A stretch of 64,000 nt of DNA. Source: Lama glama (Eukaryota). The notes beneath the pieces are model-generated. The model had not been told where the DNA came from. It saw only the letters and a program-made list of their open reading frames with translations, and did not search any database. The DNA is taken from the NCBI GenBank assembly GCA_028534125.1, contig CM052817.1, positions 61,382,001-61,446,000 on the forward strand, given 5' to 3'. Both the position numbers and the translations under genes were made by a program. This document shows positions 1 to 12,070 of this stretch, piece after piece (position 1 is the stretch's first letter; the number at the start of each line of letters is the position of its first letter).

Positions 1-243
1 ATAAATTAACACCTGTAAAGCACCTGACACATAGTAAGTACTCAGCCAAGGTTACCTAATAATAATAAAGATTATCCTATAGTAATAAATATTTCCTAGT
101 AATATCTAGTTGAAGTAGTTTTGACACATTGAAATAGTATTTCTCTGTCCATCACTTTTTAGATAAGTTCATCTTCCAAATCAATCCTGATTTTCTTTTT
201 CATAGGTTTTTATAGAAAATTCTTTAGAAGCATCCTTCTCAGT

Positions 244-265
244 ACACACACACACACACACACAC
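244..265. repeat. (CA)n microsatellite
   Basis: acacacacacacacacacacac run. Confidence 0.9.
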
Positions 266-894
266 GTACAGACACAATGTACACACACTGCAGTTTAAAT
301 TGTTTCCTGAAACATCTTTCATAAAAGTACATAATAAGTATTTTTTTTTGGATGAATAGGCCGTTTCCTTCTTCCATGTGTGATAGTCTGGCAGGAACTC
401 TCAAAGAGATCTGAAAGGAGGGCTGACACCGGTAAAACCTCCAATTAGACATTCTTCTGTTAGTGATTGTCATTCACTGTGATTTTTGTTTTTTAATTCT
501 TTGAAAGAGAAATCATAAGCTATATTCCTGTGAGAGACAGTTGTTCTAGGGAACACTTTTTGCCTCCAGAGAAGGATAAATTTGGTTGTAAGAGGAAGTA
601 TGTAAGTGGAATGTAGACTAGACAAGTTGAGCAGTGTGTCTGCCAGTGGCACCATCTCTTTCTAGGAGTTCTTGCACTTCATCAGCCTTTGTGTGTAGAT
701 CTCTGTGCTCCTTACCTTGCTCTTCTGTTCCCGGGCCATAGCCAGCTGACCCTGGGATGAGTGCCTGACCCAAGTGTAGCCATCTGTAGACAAAGTTAGG
801 AGATCTGTATGTGGTTATACTACTTATAAACTTTATGGATTTTAGGAAATATAAAATTTAACTACTCTGAAGTTTACTCATAAATGTAAATCAT

Positions 895-1340
895 TGCTGT
901 CATTCATTGACTTATTTACTTCCTCCACAGTGTTTATTGAACATTGTTACATGTGAGGCACTGTCCTAGGCACTAGGGATACAGTGTTGTGAATAAAACA
1001 GAGCCTGTGCTCTCCCAGACCTGTGCTTTAGGGAAGTGAAGAAGAGACAATAAATAAATAAAAATAGTTGGTGATAAGTAGTAGGGGGCAAAAACAAAGA
1101 CATATAGGGAAGGGGAGTGGTCGTTGAACAGGGGTTACTGATTTATAGAAGGTGAGCAAAAAGACCTCATAGATAAGGTGACATTGAACAGAGGCTGGAG
1201 TGAAGTGGGAAGAAGAACATTTTGGGCAAAAGGTGAAGACCCTGAGATGAACGTTTGCTTGGCACATTTCAGAGACAGCAAGACTCCAGTGGGAGGAGTA
1301 GGCTGAGAGGGAGAGGAGTGGGAGATGATTTCAGAGAGTT
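895..1340 (-). mobile_element. L2 LINE 3' fragment
   Basis: tcattcattga...tgtttattgaacatt...aggcactgtcctaggcactagggatacag...aataaaacaga is the typical reverse-complement L2 3' end. Confidence 0.8.
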
Positions 1341-2789
1341 GAGGGTAGGTATTTCCTAAGATGAGTTGTAATAAAATCTACAGCAGGTTAGTTGATAGGA
1401 TGGAGGCATTTTGCCTTTAGATTGAAATGAGACCTTGTCAACAAAGTGAGAGTTTGGTTTGATTTGATCTGGTTTGTTTTTGGAACACAGTACGCAGTAC
1501 TGTGGTGCACAGCAAATATTTTCTCTGAAGTCTGAGAAGTCTGCTGATAGAAGTGTTATTTTATTCAGGACTGATACTAATTTTCAATAGTATTTGGGGT
1601 TTAAAAGGCTGTAAACATTGGCATTTGTATCCTTAGTGCTGTTGTTTTTATGTAGGAAGAGTAATTAATTATAAATGAGAAATCGGGTCAGATTTAATAT
1701 GTAGTGAAAGTAACTTTCGTGGAGTGGTGACTACTCATTCATTTCATTGCCATCACCCTTACAAGAATATTTACTTTGAAAGATAAGGTAAAACAAAAAA
1801 TTATTTTTGTCTTTTCTCCAAGATTTTGGTTTTACCCTTATTTTTCAGCTTCATAATGGAGATTGAGAAATTTTAGTATCTGTTGGGTAATCATTAAAGT
1901 AACATGCAGATTTTTAAAGACATATTAGTCTGTAAAATGATTCAGTCTATTTAGGGATTTGTCAAGTAGTATTTGAAATCACCTTTTAAGTTTTACTTTT
2001 AGAAACATTTCCTGGGACGCTTTGATCTCTTTACAGTGGATGATCATTAAAACATTTCATTTACACCTGGCAGGAATGACCTTTTGAAGTCAGTTAGCTT
2101 TTCAGGTGGACTGGTAATCATTGTCCAATTGTCTTGGCTTCTGTTACAGTCACCAGACTGTTTCTGTTGAAATTTTAAATAAAAATATTTAAGTATTTTC
2201 TTGGGGAAGGGCAGTTTCCAAAGTGCTTTTATTTTATTATCACCATTAATCTTCATTCTCTTCAAGACTTAAGCTTTATTATTGCTAGACAGTTATCTAA
2301 GTTATCCTAATTAAAAATTTTGTAATCAGCTGTATTACCTTTTGTGTTAGTGAAGCCCTGTCCTTTCTTTTATCTGAAAGATGGGCAAGAAATGTTAGAA
2401 ATTTTCTTGTCAAAGGAGATTGCTGTAGAGGACAGATTTATTGTAATGAAGAGCCACTTTCTAATCTAATGGTAAAGCTCCACATGTGATACAGATGATT
2501 TGTTTTTCTAGAGTTGGTAACAATTTAAGACTGATTTTTCAGTGATTTTGTGAAGCAAATGTTTTCTTCAGGAAAATTTGGAAGTGAATTTAGCAGGCTG
2601 TTTAAATAAGTTGATATTGTGCTTGTCTGGTTTTGATAGTTCAGGTTTCTGCAACTGCAATAGACTAGTTTCATGGTTAAATTTGGCTTTCACCAGAAAT
2701 AATGATTATAATTTGCGTTGATGTTAATTTTATTTTAACCTCAGTAAAGTTATAGTCTTTCTTTAAAGAGGAAAATAAAAATAAAAACT

Positions 2790-2950
2790 GATAGTAGAAA
2801 AGTAGAATGGTGGTCAAAGGGGCTGAAGGAAGAGGGAGGGGGGTTGATTAATGGGTATAGGCTTTTAGTTTTGCAACATGAAAAAGTTCTGGAGTTCTGT
2901 TGTACAGCATTGTGAGTATGTTTGCCACTACAGGACTGTGCAAATTGATG
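2790..2950 (+). mobile_element. Old L1M 3'UTR fragment
   Basis: agtagaatggtggtc...aatgggtatagg..tttagttttgcaa.atgaaaaagttctggag motif. Confidence 0.75.
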
Positions 2951-4214
2951 TGACTTTTATTTGATCAACAGAAAATGACCTGTTTATAAGCCCTTGCTAT
3001 TTCTTCTAAGTATTATAAATATATATTCTAAAAAAAAGCATTTTTTCCCCTTGATGTGCCAAAGCAATAGTAATAGTATTTAGACAACAATGAGTAGACA
3101 GCAAATTATTGCTAACTTTTACTTGAAATTATGGGAAGTAAAATTTAACTTCAGGAATTGATGTAGTTATGGTAATATGATTTCTTAACTAAATTGACCA
3201 GATTTACCAGGGAACATCCTCTATATTTAAAGACAGTGGAAAGTTTGTGAGAATTGGCAAACCACCTCCCAGTTCAGTAACTCGAAGGCAGCTCAATTCC
3301 ACCTTCTCTTTAAATAGATATATATGCAACAAATATTATATATATAGCTATATATATATACAATATATATAACAATATATATATAGCTCCTAGGTCTTTT
3401 AAACCATCAAGTAACTCTTAAAGTTGCATCATACCTAAACTAAAACAAAATATGTCATAAATACGTCTACATACCTCATGAGTAGGAATGTGCTTGACAA
3501 GTTATTATTAACTGATCAACACTCTGAAGCTTGATTCTTCATATGTTGGTGTTACATGCATACAGAGCTTACACATACATGAGGACATCAGGGTTGTGTT
3601 TTACTTCTGACCGTCTGGAATCGTTCCCCTTGTTTTCTTTATAGTTTTGTAGCACACATTATTTCTGATTGGAAGTTATTTGTAATTCCGATATTTTGAA
3701 TGTTTTAGCTTGGGTGGATAAGAGTGTCACTTTGTATTTTAGGTAACTCAAACCTCTTCCACTTTTTTCTACCTAAAAATATAGTCTGTAGAATTGTTGT
3801 GAAGAATTGAGGAGTTGCTCTCTGTCATTGTCTTTTTTTGGTAAATAGTAATTTATAACAATCTAATTCTCAAGAGGAAAAAATTTTGTTTACTTTTTAT
3901 TACAAAAGTTATAAATACACATTCTAGTTGAAGATGCATAGGAAACAATGACAACAAAAACAAAACAAAATACTCCACCAAACCTGAAATCCAGCTACCC
4001 AGAAAACTGGGCATTTTCTTGAGTAACCTTAGAAACAGACACTTTACCAACATTCTTCAGATAACAATTCATCTAGAATCTTCTTCCATCACCAGTATAT
4101 AAAGACTTTTATTAATTTCTTTTTTGGTTGTATCTTGTTCTACTGTGTTGGCTTCATATTTAAATATTTTGAGTTTATTTGTTGATAGTATAGAGGAAGT
4201 GTAACAAATATAGA

Positions 4215-4480
4215 TAGAGAGGTAGAGTGTGCAAGAGTATGGACTCTGTAGTGAGTCATTGTGTGGTCACATCTCAGTACCTACACTTTCTTGCTGTGTG
4301 ACCTTGAGCAAGTTACAAAACTCTGGGTCTCTGCTGTCTCATTTGTAAAATGAGATTATTAATAGTGTGCTTGTATAGTAGAGTTATTGTGAAGACTAAT
4401 TGACTTCATATTCTTCAAGTATGTGGAATACCTGGCAAAGAGTGTGTGTAATATAATACAAACTATTTTTGTTGTTACTA
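4215..4480 (+). mobile_element. MIR SINE
   Basis: MIR core gctgtgtgaccttgagcaagttac...ctcatttgtaaaatgagat. Confidence 0.85.
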
Positions 4481-5396
4481 TGGATGTTGTGGTTGTTCAG
4501 TTTTAGGTAGATTTCAAATGATTTTAGATGTTTAGCCTAAGCATCCACCTGTGTCCTTTTGCCAGTTCCCCATCTCTTCAAGTTTGTGCATGATATTATG
4601 ATGTGTCTGTTGGATGGAAATGGAATGAGGGGAGGGTGGTAGAAAGGAGGTTTTGGGTTTCAGAGACCTGGACAGAATTACTGTTGGCAGTTATCCATGC
4701 TTTTCTGGCCATATTGTCTTTGGCATATCTTGGGTGGCCTTTGACTAGAGCTGTTCTAAGTAGAGCCAGCCCTCCTTGATACATCTTGGAATCTAGGGAA
4801 TAGTTTTAAAGGTTCTTAACCGAGGGCCAATAAAAGGCAATTTAAGTTAATACAAGTTAGTGAATTTTGGCATGTAGTCTAGCCTGGAGATACACTCTGT
4901 AACCTTACTGAAGATTTTTGTTGTGTTTAACTATTCTTAAAGCATTAAAAGTGGCATGTGTTATGTGAGAGAGACTCTTTTTGACTTCTCCACATGTATA
5001 GTTTTTTTTTTAATTGAAATTTGTGGGAAAAGAATGAAACTATGACTTTCAGTTTTTCACATTAAGATTTTTTTTAATGGCCTGCAAAAAATGAAATGTA
5101 ATGAAACAAAAAAAATTTTAAGAAGATTTGGCCTATGGTTACATGGATTTATAAAATTTTATTTTAGTATCGTCTTCTATGAACCTCCTTAAAAATCAAT
5201 GAAAAGTTATTAATCAAGTGACTGTATCTTCTACTTGCCATGGCTTCATTTTTTATAGGTATACATTTAAAATAATATTTGATTTCTGATTACTAATTTT
5301 TATGTATATTTCACATTTGACAGCAAGTCAGGCACATAAGTTAAAAAAACTTACTGTGACCAATAGAATATGGTTTAGTGTAGTATTACAACTGTA

Positions 5397-5770
5397 CAGT
5401 CGATCTCCATATCTGAGGATTCCGTTTCTGCACATTCTGCACCTACAGATTCAACCACCTGTGAATTGAAAGTATTCTGGAAAAAACTTCCAGAAAATTC
5501 CAAAAAGCAAAACTTAAATTTGCCATACTGGCAACTATTTACATAGTGTTTACATTGTATTTACAACTATTTACATAGCATTTATATTAAACGTTGTAAG
5601 TAATCTAGAGATGATTTAAAGTTTATGAAGGATGTGCATAGGTTATGTGCAGATACTGTGCCATTTTATATATAGGACTTGAGTGTTCTCAGATTTTGGT
5701 ATCCTCAGGGGGTCCTGGAGCCTAATCCCGCCCTGGCGCTCCCCCACCCGCCAGTACTGAGGGATGACCG
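5397..5770 (-). mobile_element. MER2-type (Tigger/TcMar) non-autonomous DNA transposon
   Basis: Ends ta|CAGTCGATCTCC and GAGGGATGACCG|ta (degenerate inverted termini, TA TSD); internal taatctagagatgatttaaagt...gatgtgcataggttat...ccattttatata matches recalled MER2. Confidence 0.85.
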
Positions 5771-5911
5771 TACCAAGTGACTGTGAAACTCAGTCTGGCT
5801 GTCCGGCTAGAAGTGTTAGACTGTGAGCAGGAACGTTAGGGCACTCGTTGAGATTTCTAAAGACGGTGATGTCTTTTATTGTAAAGCACACTCAAATCAC
5901 TATTTCACTTC

Positions 5912-5932
5912 ATTTTCTTTTCTTTTCTTTTC

Positions 5933-5963
<31 letters not shown>
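5912..5963. repeat. (TTTTC)n pentanucleotide repeat
   Basis: About 8 tandem ttttc units followed by poly-T. Confidence 0.9.
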
Positions 5964-6737
5964 AACATTTTCTTACTCAGTTTCTTTCCCATTATTGGTC
6001 AGTTCAAATGGCCCTTTAAGGGAATTTGATGGAGAGATCTTTGTATATTGGATTGTTTTCAGGGCAAGCCATGATGAGAAGCTAAACTGTTCTTAGATTT
6101 CTCTATCTTATATTAAGATATGGATAAGATATAGATAAAATATTCTATTATATCTTGTGATGTTTTTCACATACAGCCTATTTATTCTTAACCTGTATTG
6201 TCATCATTTTATGGTATTTCTCTTTGCTTTGATTCTGAGTTTTTCATTTTGGCTGAAATATTCTGGCAAAAGTTGTTGTAAGTCTAATTTTCAAGCTTCT
6301 GAATAAAACTTTCCACTGCCTTTCACCAACTTTTTAATTTTCTTGTTCTTAGAGAAAATGCCACTAGGAGGAGGGAGAAGAAGGGAAAAATTGAGAGTTT
6401 GAGGGGAGGCTAGAGCTAAAGCTCATTTAATGGTGGGTTACTAAGTCTGCAACCACCTTTTTATTTAATTCACTCTTCAAAACATTTTTAAAAAACACTA
6501 CTTCTTTTACTTACTGTCATGACTTTTTTTGGTAAATGTGGGCCACAGAAGATATATATTAGTATTACGATTATTAGTGTTAAGTGATTCTGGATCACGG
6601 GTAATTTATACATCTCAACTTTCTGTTTTACTGTTTTTTTTTTTCCTCCCTAAAAAGTAAGGTCCAGTAAGCATTCCTTTGAATTACCAACTTCTTCTAT
6701 TGAAATCTCCTAATAAGGTCTTGATTTTAGGAACTGA

Positions 6738-7230
6738 ATGAGTCAGGGTCCAATTAGGAAAATAAAAACACTCTAGGTGTTTTAAATAGGAAATTTTAGT
6801 AGATGGAATTGATAAAACAGTTTTTGGTAGAGCAGAGAAACCAAACAGGGTCTGGCAGGGCATTCTCGAGATGAGCAACAGCAGGACACCATTGTCATCT
6901 TTAGGACCCAGAGAGGCAGTGGGAAAATGTAGTGTTACCAGAGCCTGGGCATTGGGGCTGGCTGGTGGGAGCTAAAACCACAGAGAGGGCACGGGCCCTG
7001 AGCTGGAACCACGGAGCCTGGGGCTGAACGACTGGAGTTGGAACCATAGAGCAGATGTAGAAATGGGAGAAATACCAAGGCTTCTCTCCGGCCCTCCAAG
7101 CCTCTGCCATTGCCTCTTACTGGTGGGATCTATCCAGAAGCCAGAGCAAAGGAGCCTTGCCATATACAGAGGGGGCAAAGGAGGGTGGGGAATTGATTTG
7201 ACAACAAGTAGACAAATGATCAGTGGAGGT
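6738..7230 (-). mobile_element. Ancient ERVL-class solo LTR (LTR33/LTR41-like; subfamily uncertain)
   Basis: agtcagggtccaattaggaaaataaaaacactctaggtgttttaaatagg start and GC-richer body resemble old ERVL LTRs. Confidence 0.55.
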
Positions 7231-8559
7231 AATACAAAAAAAAATGTTGTTTTTTCCCCCCTTGGAAACTACTATTACTAGTGCTTTTCGTATTCTAAGG
7301 CACTCCTCTTCCTCCATGGCTCAGGTTCCTCGTACTGTAAGATGGTAATAATTATGATGTGTATGGTCCCAATTTTCAGGAACCACTTACGTTTATTAGT
7401 AGTAAACTTTTATTACATTTGCTGCACATTTTCCTGCCAATCTCTTCTCATTTTTATTGTTTATATATGAGACACAGAAGTTTATCATTTTCATTTGTTC
7501 AAATCTTTTCCTTTTTCCTTTGTATGTCTTCAAAGATTAGAAAGTCAGTCCTCTTAAGATATTTAATAAATATTCTATCCTGTCATCTGCTTTTTCTAGC
7601 TTTTCAACATTTTTAAACTCTGTAATCCATCTGGAATTAATTTTGGTGTGGGGTTGATATATTATTTTAATGTCAGTTAAGACAGTTTATTCATTTTTAA
7701 AGATTACCTATATTTTGAGAGTCTTGATCTTTTTTCCCTTTTAATTGCCTTATCTATGCTGGCTTTCTTTACATTTGGTAGATCCTTATCTTTAGTTATA
7801 TTCCAGATTTTATTTGAAGTGTCATCTCTGCAAATTTTTAAATTTATTGACTATGAAGTATATTTCTACTTTTAATAATATTTGAAGTTACTATCCAAAG
7901 GCAGTCTACCTCCTTTTTAAATTAAAAAATCTAGGATGTCATGTTGAGATTTGGGTTGATTTTAGAAATTTTTGATGTTAACTAACAAATAAGTACAATT
8001 ATGATATTGATGCATACATCTCTATTAATTGTTTTTTATGTACAAGTCCATAAAGGACTGTCGTGATCTTCATTTTTTGCTTAGTTTAGTCATGGGAGAG
8101 TAAAGTGACTTTCTTGAATAGTGAGTATCTAATGTGTTTTGAATGTGGCTTTTTCAAATCTGTTGCTGTAATCATATTAATCTGGTAAATGTCGTATGGA
8201 ACATTGTCTAAATTTAGTAGACAGGGAAGTAAAAGTCAAAATGTAAAGAGAAAGTAAGAGTAGATTACTTTAAAATTATTAACTCCTTACCTTTTTCCTT
8301 GATGTATTTATTGACTTGAGGTGAGGATGTTGGAACTCTGAAAATATCTAAATAGAGCATCACTTATTTTATTTGCTTCTGAAATGTAATATATTGTTAT
8401 GAAATATTATGTAGCGACAGAATGGTTAACTTAGCATTTAAAAAGAAATTGGGTTATAAGGCAGGGTGAATGAGGAAAAGATGTGTTTAAAATGCATTAT
8501 TTATCAGAAAAGATTCTGAAAAATTAGCCCCTTATATTTAGTTTTGAAGCAAGAGATTT

Positions 8560-9110
8560 TTGCCTTCAGTTCTTTATAGTTACAATTTAAAATTTCCGTG
8601 TAATTGGTATTAATTAAAAACTTAATACAAACAATACAGATTTTTAATGTGGACATTATCAGCATTATAAAAATAGAATAATATGAGCCCACTGTATCCA
8701 TCACTGAGGTTCAACTAAGTATGTAGTCAATTTTGCTTTATCTGTATTCTCATTGATATCCCCTTCCATGTTCTTTTGAAGCAAATCCTAGTTATATTGT
8801 CCAAATATTTCAGTATGTATTTCAAAATTTTAAGAACGCTTTTAAAAACATAATCCACAGTACCTTTATCACACCTGAAAAACTGACAATTTCCCAGTAT
8901 CAGCAGAATTCTAATTTTCCTGATTGCCATTCATAAGTATATATGTGTCTATATAATAATTATTACTTTTTTTAGCAATCTGAATCAGTATCCAGATAAG
9001 GCCCATTCTTTGGGATTGGTTTATATGTTTCTTAAATCCATTATAATGTGTAAATTCCTCTTCCATAGTTTTTTTCCCTTAGATTTTTATATTAAAAGAA
9101 CTGAGTAATT
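8560..9110 (-). mobile_element. Old L1 (L1MC/L1ME-like) 3'UTR fragment
   Basis: ttttgaagcaaatcc...aaatatttcagtatgtat...aaaacataatccacagtacc.ttatcacacctgaaa motif. Confidence 0.65.
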
Positions 9111-11899
9111 TGTCTTATATAAAACTTTTTTTGAGAGATAACTGTATTGTAGAAAAATAGAGCAGGTTCAACATGTTTTCCAGATTTGTCATTTGTGTAC
9201 TATGTTCATGATTTTTGTCATATCCCAGATTTACTTAACTATTTTCATGATTATGATCCTGCTTTTAAACCAAAATTCATACTGTATTCTCATTCTGATC
9301 ACTCACATTTATGGGATGATGGTTTTTGATGTCTTTATTATATTTTAAAATACTTATTAAGATAAATGTAACTATTAAGATAAATCTCTTCATCCATGTA
9401 CCATCTAAAATCATTTTGAATACCACACCTTAGGAAACACTATTTTAATATTACTGTCTCTTCTCCTTATTTTCTTTACTCACTTTCTGTGTTGAAATCT
9501 AATCAGTTACACCAAGAGGGACCAATCTGAAACCTTAGATACATTTCCTGCATGTGTCCTGAATCAAGGTACATTCTGTGCAAAGTATGGTTTTACTGGC
9601 ATCCTGCTAGTGCAGTTTGTTACCAATCTGAGATCATGGTCTAGCCAGTTCAGCATTTTTATCTTTCAAGTTCAAATTCCATTACGTGTGACCTGTAATT
9701 TTACAGAGGAAGGAAAAAATCCAGGAACCTACTTCTGGCTTCTCAATGAAATCTTCAGTTTATTATTGGTAAGTGGAGTTAGGTGATGGCTGAAAACATT
9801 TTTCTTTCTCTTGAATAGGATTTAACTTCTAGGGAAAGTTAAATTTGAATATTATAAATTAAAAAGAAAACAGTGATAATTTTTTTTAACTTTCTAAAAA
9901 TTTGTGGAAAAGGCATTACAATAAAATAAGTTGTTTGAATATATGAACTTTGAGGAAACTCTTTATTTTTGTCTTTTTGACTCTGGTCAAATTGTATTTC
10001 TCTCTTGTTCATCCATCTTTGCTAGTTTTCCAGTTTATTTGTCTTAGGCTTATCCATTTTGTCCTGTTAGAGTTCTAAGATTATAACCTCAATATGTCTC
10101 CTTTTGGTTATATATTATTATTATGCTAGAACTATGTTATCAAATGATTTGATAAAATATTCTGTAAATAAAAGCATTAGTTTCACAATGCATGGCCAGT
10201 GTAATATATACGCAGCTGGGAAACTGTGTGGTTACAGTGAGTGAACTAGTGCATGCCGCTTACGCCTAAGGAATATTGTCATCTCCAGTGGCTCTTCTAG
10301 CTCTTAAAAAACATAAATCATGTGACATCTGTGTGGTAAAAGGCCAGTAGATTATAAATCTGGGCTTAGGATGAGAGGAGGTCTCAAAGTCTTCCTCAAG
10401 ATCAGGAAGGCAGAACTGGGGAGTCAGTGTGCTTCTCCAGATCCCTTGGATTCACCCCGTAGATGAGTCCTATGCATCCATGATATTCGTTGTATTTCTT
10501 ATGCTCCAGCCACTTAGTGTGGATCTGTAGGTTACTACCTATAAGTAACTAGCTTAGTCCTAGCATTTCTTTCCTTAAGATAGTCTTTACATTTCTTTTA
10601 TTTTGGTATTTGAAATATAATCAAATAATAAAGAATACTATTAGATAAGGATCCTTTAGCTTTTGATACATTAGATAAGGTTTTATATGTAGCTTCTAGA
10701 TAAGATGCTTTACTTAGAGCATTAAGACTCTAGGAGATAAAAGAAAGATCTTTGTGAGTAGGAAAGGTTGGTTGTTAGACCTCATGGTAAGCTCTCTGGA
10801 CAGAAATGGTGAAGATGACTTTTCTCATAAGAAATTTTTGGGTGATAAACACTACGGTTTGCCTGTCTAGTACTTTTCATCACTACCACTACCCGACTTT
10901 CTTTGGGGTGGCAGCTCGCCTGGCTAAGAGATTTGCCTTTGTAGACTCATTGCACTGCAGTCTAAGTGGATGTCTGCCAGGGTGTGTTTCTGTTTGCCTG
11001 AGTGAGGTGCCCCTCATTCCCTATTGCTTTTCTTCTCCTTGTCAGGAAAGTGGATGTGGTGCTTGGACTTTCTTGCTCTCATTTGTGACAATTAAAAAGT
11101 AGATGAAATCTGTGTATTTGGGTGGCTGAGGAAAAAGAATAAAGGAGCCTGGGGGCAGTGATGTCATTGTGGGGCTTCCTTGGACTGCCTACCTTTACAC
11201 TTCTCTTTACATGAAGAAAATAACAATTTCTTTTCTATTAAAACACTGTAGAAGGATATTCTGGTATGTGCAGCTGAATATAATCCTAACTTTGCTGCCT
11301 AAGAAACATTATGTTTTAGCCTCACACCAGAGCTTTGTTACTAAATGCTATTAGTACCCCCCCCCTCATACTGATTTTGTCAGTGAACTTCAACTAGTAT
11401 AGAACTTGACTAGCTGGGATGGAGAGGCTATGAGAAAAAAGCATAATTTCAATGTAATTTCAGTGTAATATATCATCAAGAATCATGTGATTCAAGACCA
11501 TTCTCCCCCTGAACACTAAGTTGAAGAAAACTTTGAATCCAGATAAGTTCTTGCAGATTGGTTTCTAAAAGTTGTTTGTAGCTTTCTCCCTCTTGCAGCC
11601 TGGCCATTCCTTAATGATTCCGCCACCAAGACGGATGGCACATGCGCGTATCCAGAAAGCCCCTGTCTTTTCCCTTGCTGATTTTAGCCTGCCTGTATAC
11701 TCCTTTAAACATTCTTTAGGAATAGAGACTCTATTGTTTTTACTGGTCCCATGCTGCAGATGTTCAGGAATTGCTTCATCGACTGTGCATAACACAGGAG
11801 TTATTTCTGCAGGGTGGGAGTGTTCAGACTTTCCTTTGAGTACTTGTGGATGGCTGTATGTGTATCTCAAGAAACTACAGAGGGTGTGGGGGAGTCTCT

Positions 11900-12070
11900 A
11901 GAACAGAGTTTCTTGTCCCACCTGGGTCAGAATTAGCTGGAGCTCTTAAAAATACACATGCCTGCGCCTCACTTAAGATTTACTGAATTAGAATCTGGAG
12001 CAGTAGAAAGTGCGAATCTGTGTTTTTAACAAGCAGTGCAAGTGATTCAAGGACACAGATACTTGAGAAA
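11900..12070. mobile_element. MER5-type hAT-Charlie DNA transposon fossil
   Basis: tcagaattagctggagctcttaaaaatacacatgcctg...actgaattagaatct...gaatctgtgtttttaacaagc...gtgattc. Confidence 0.75.
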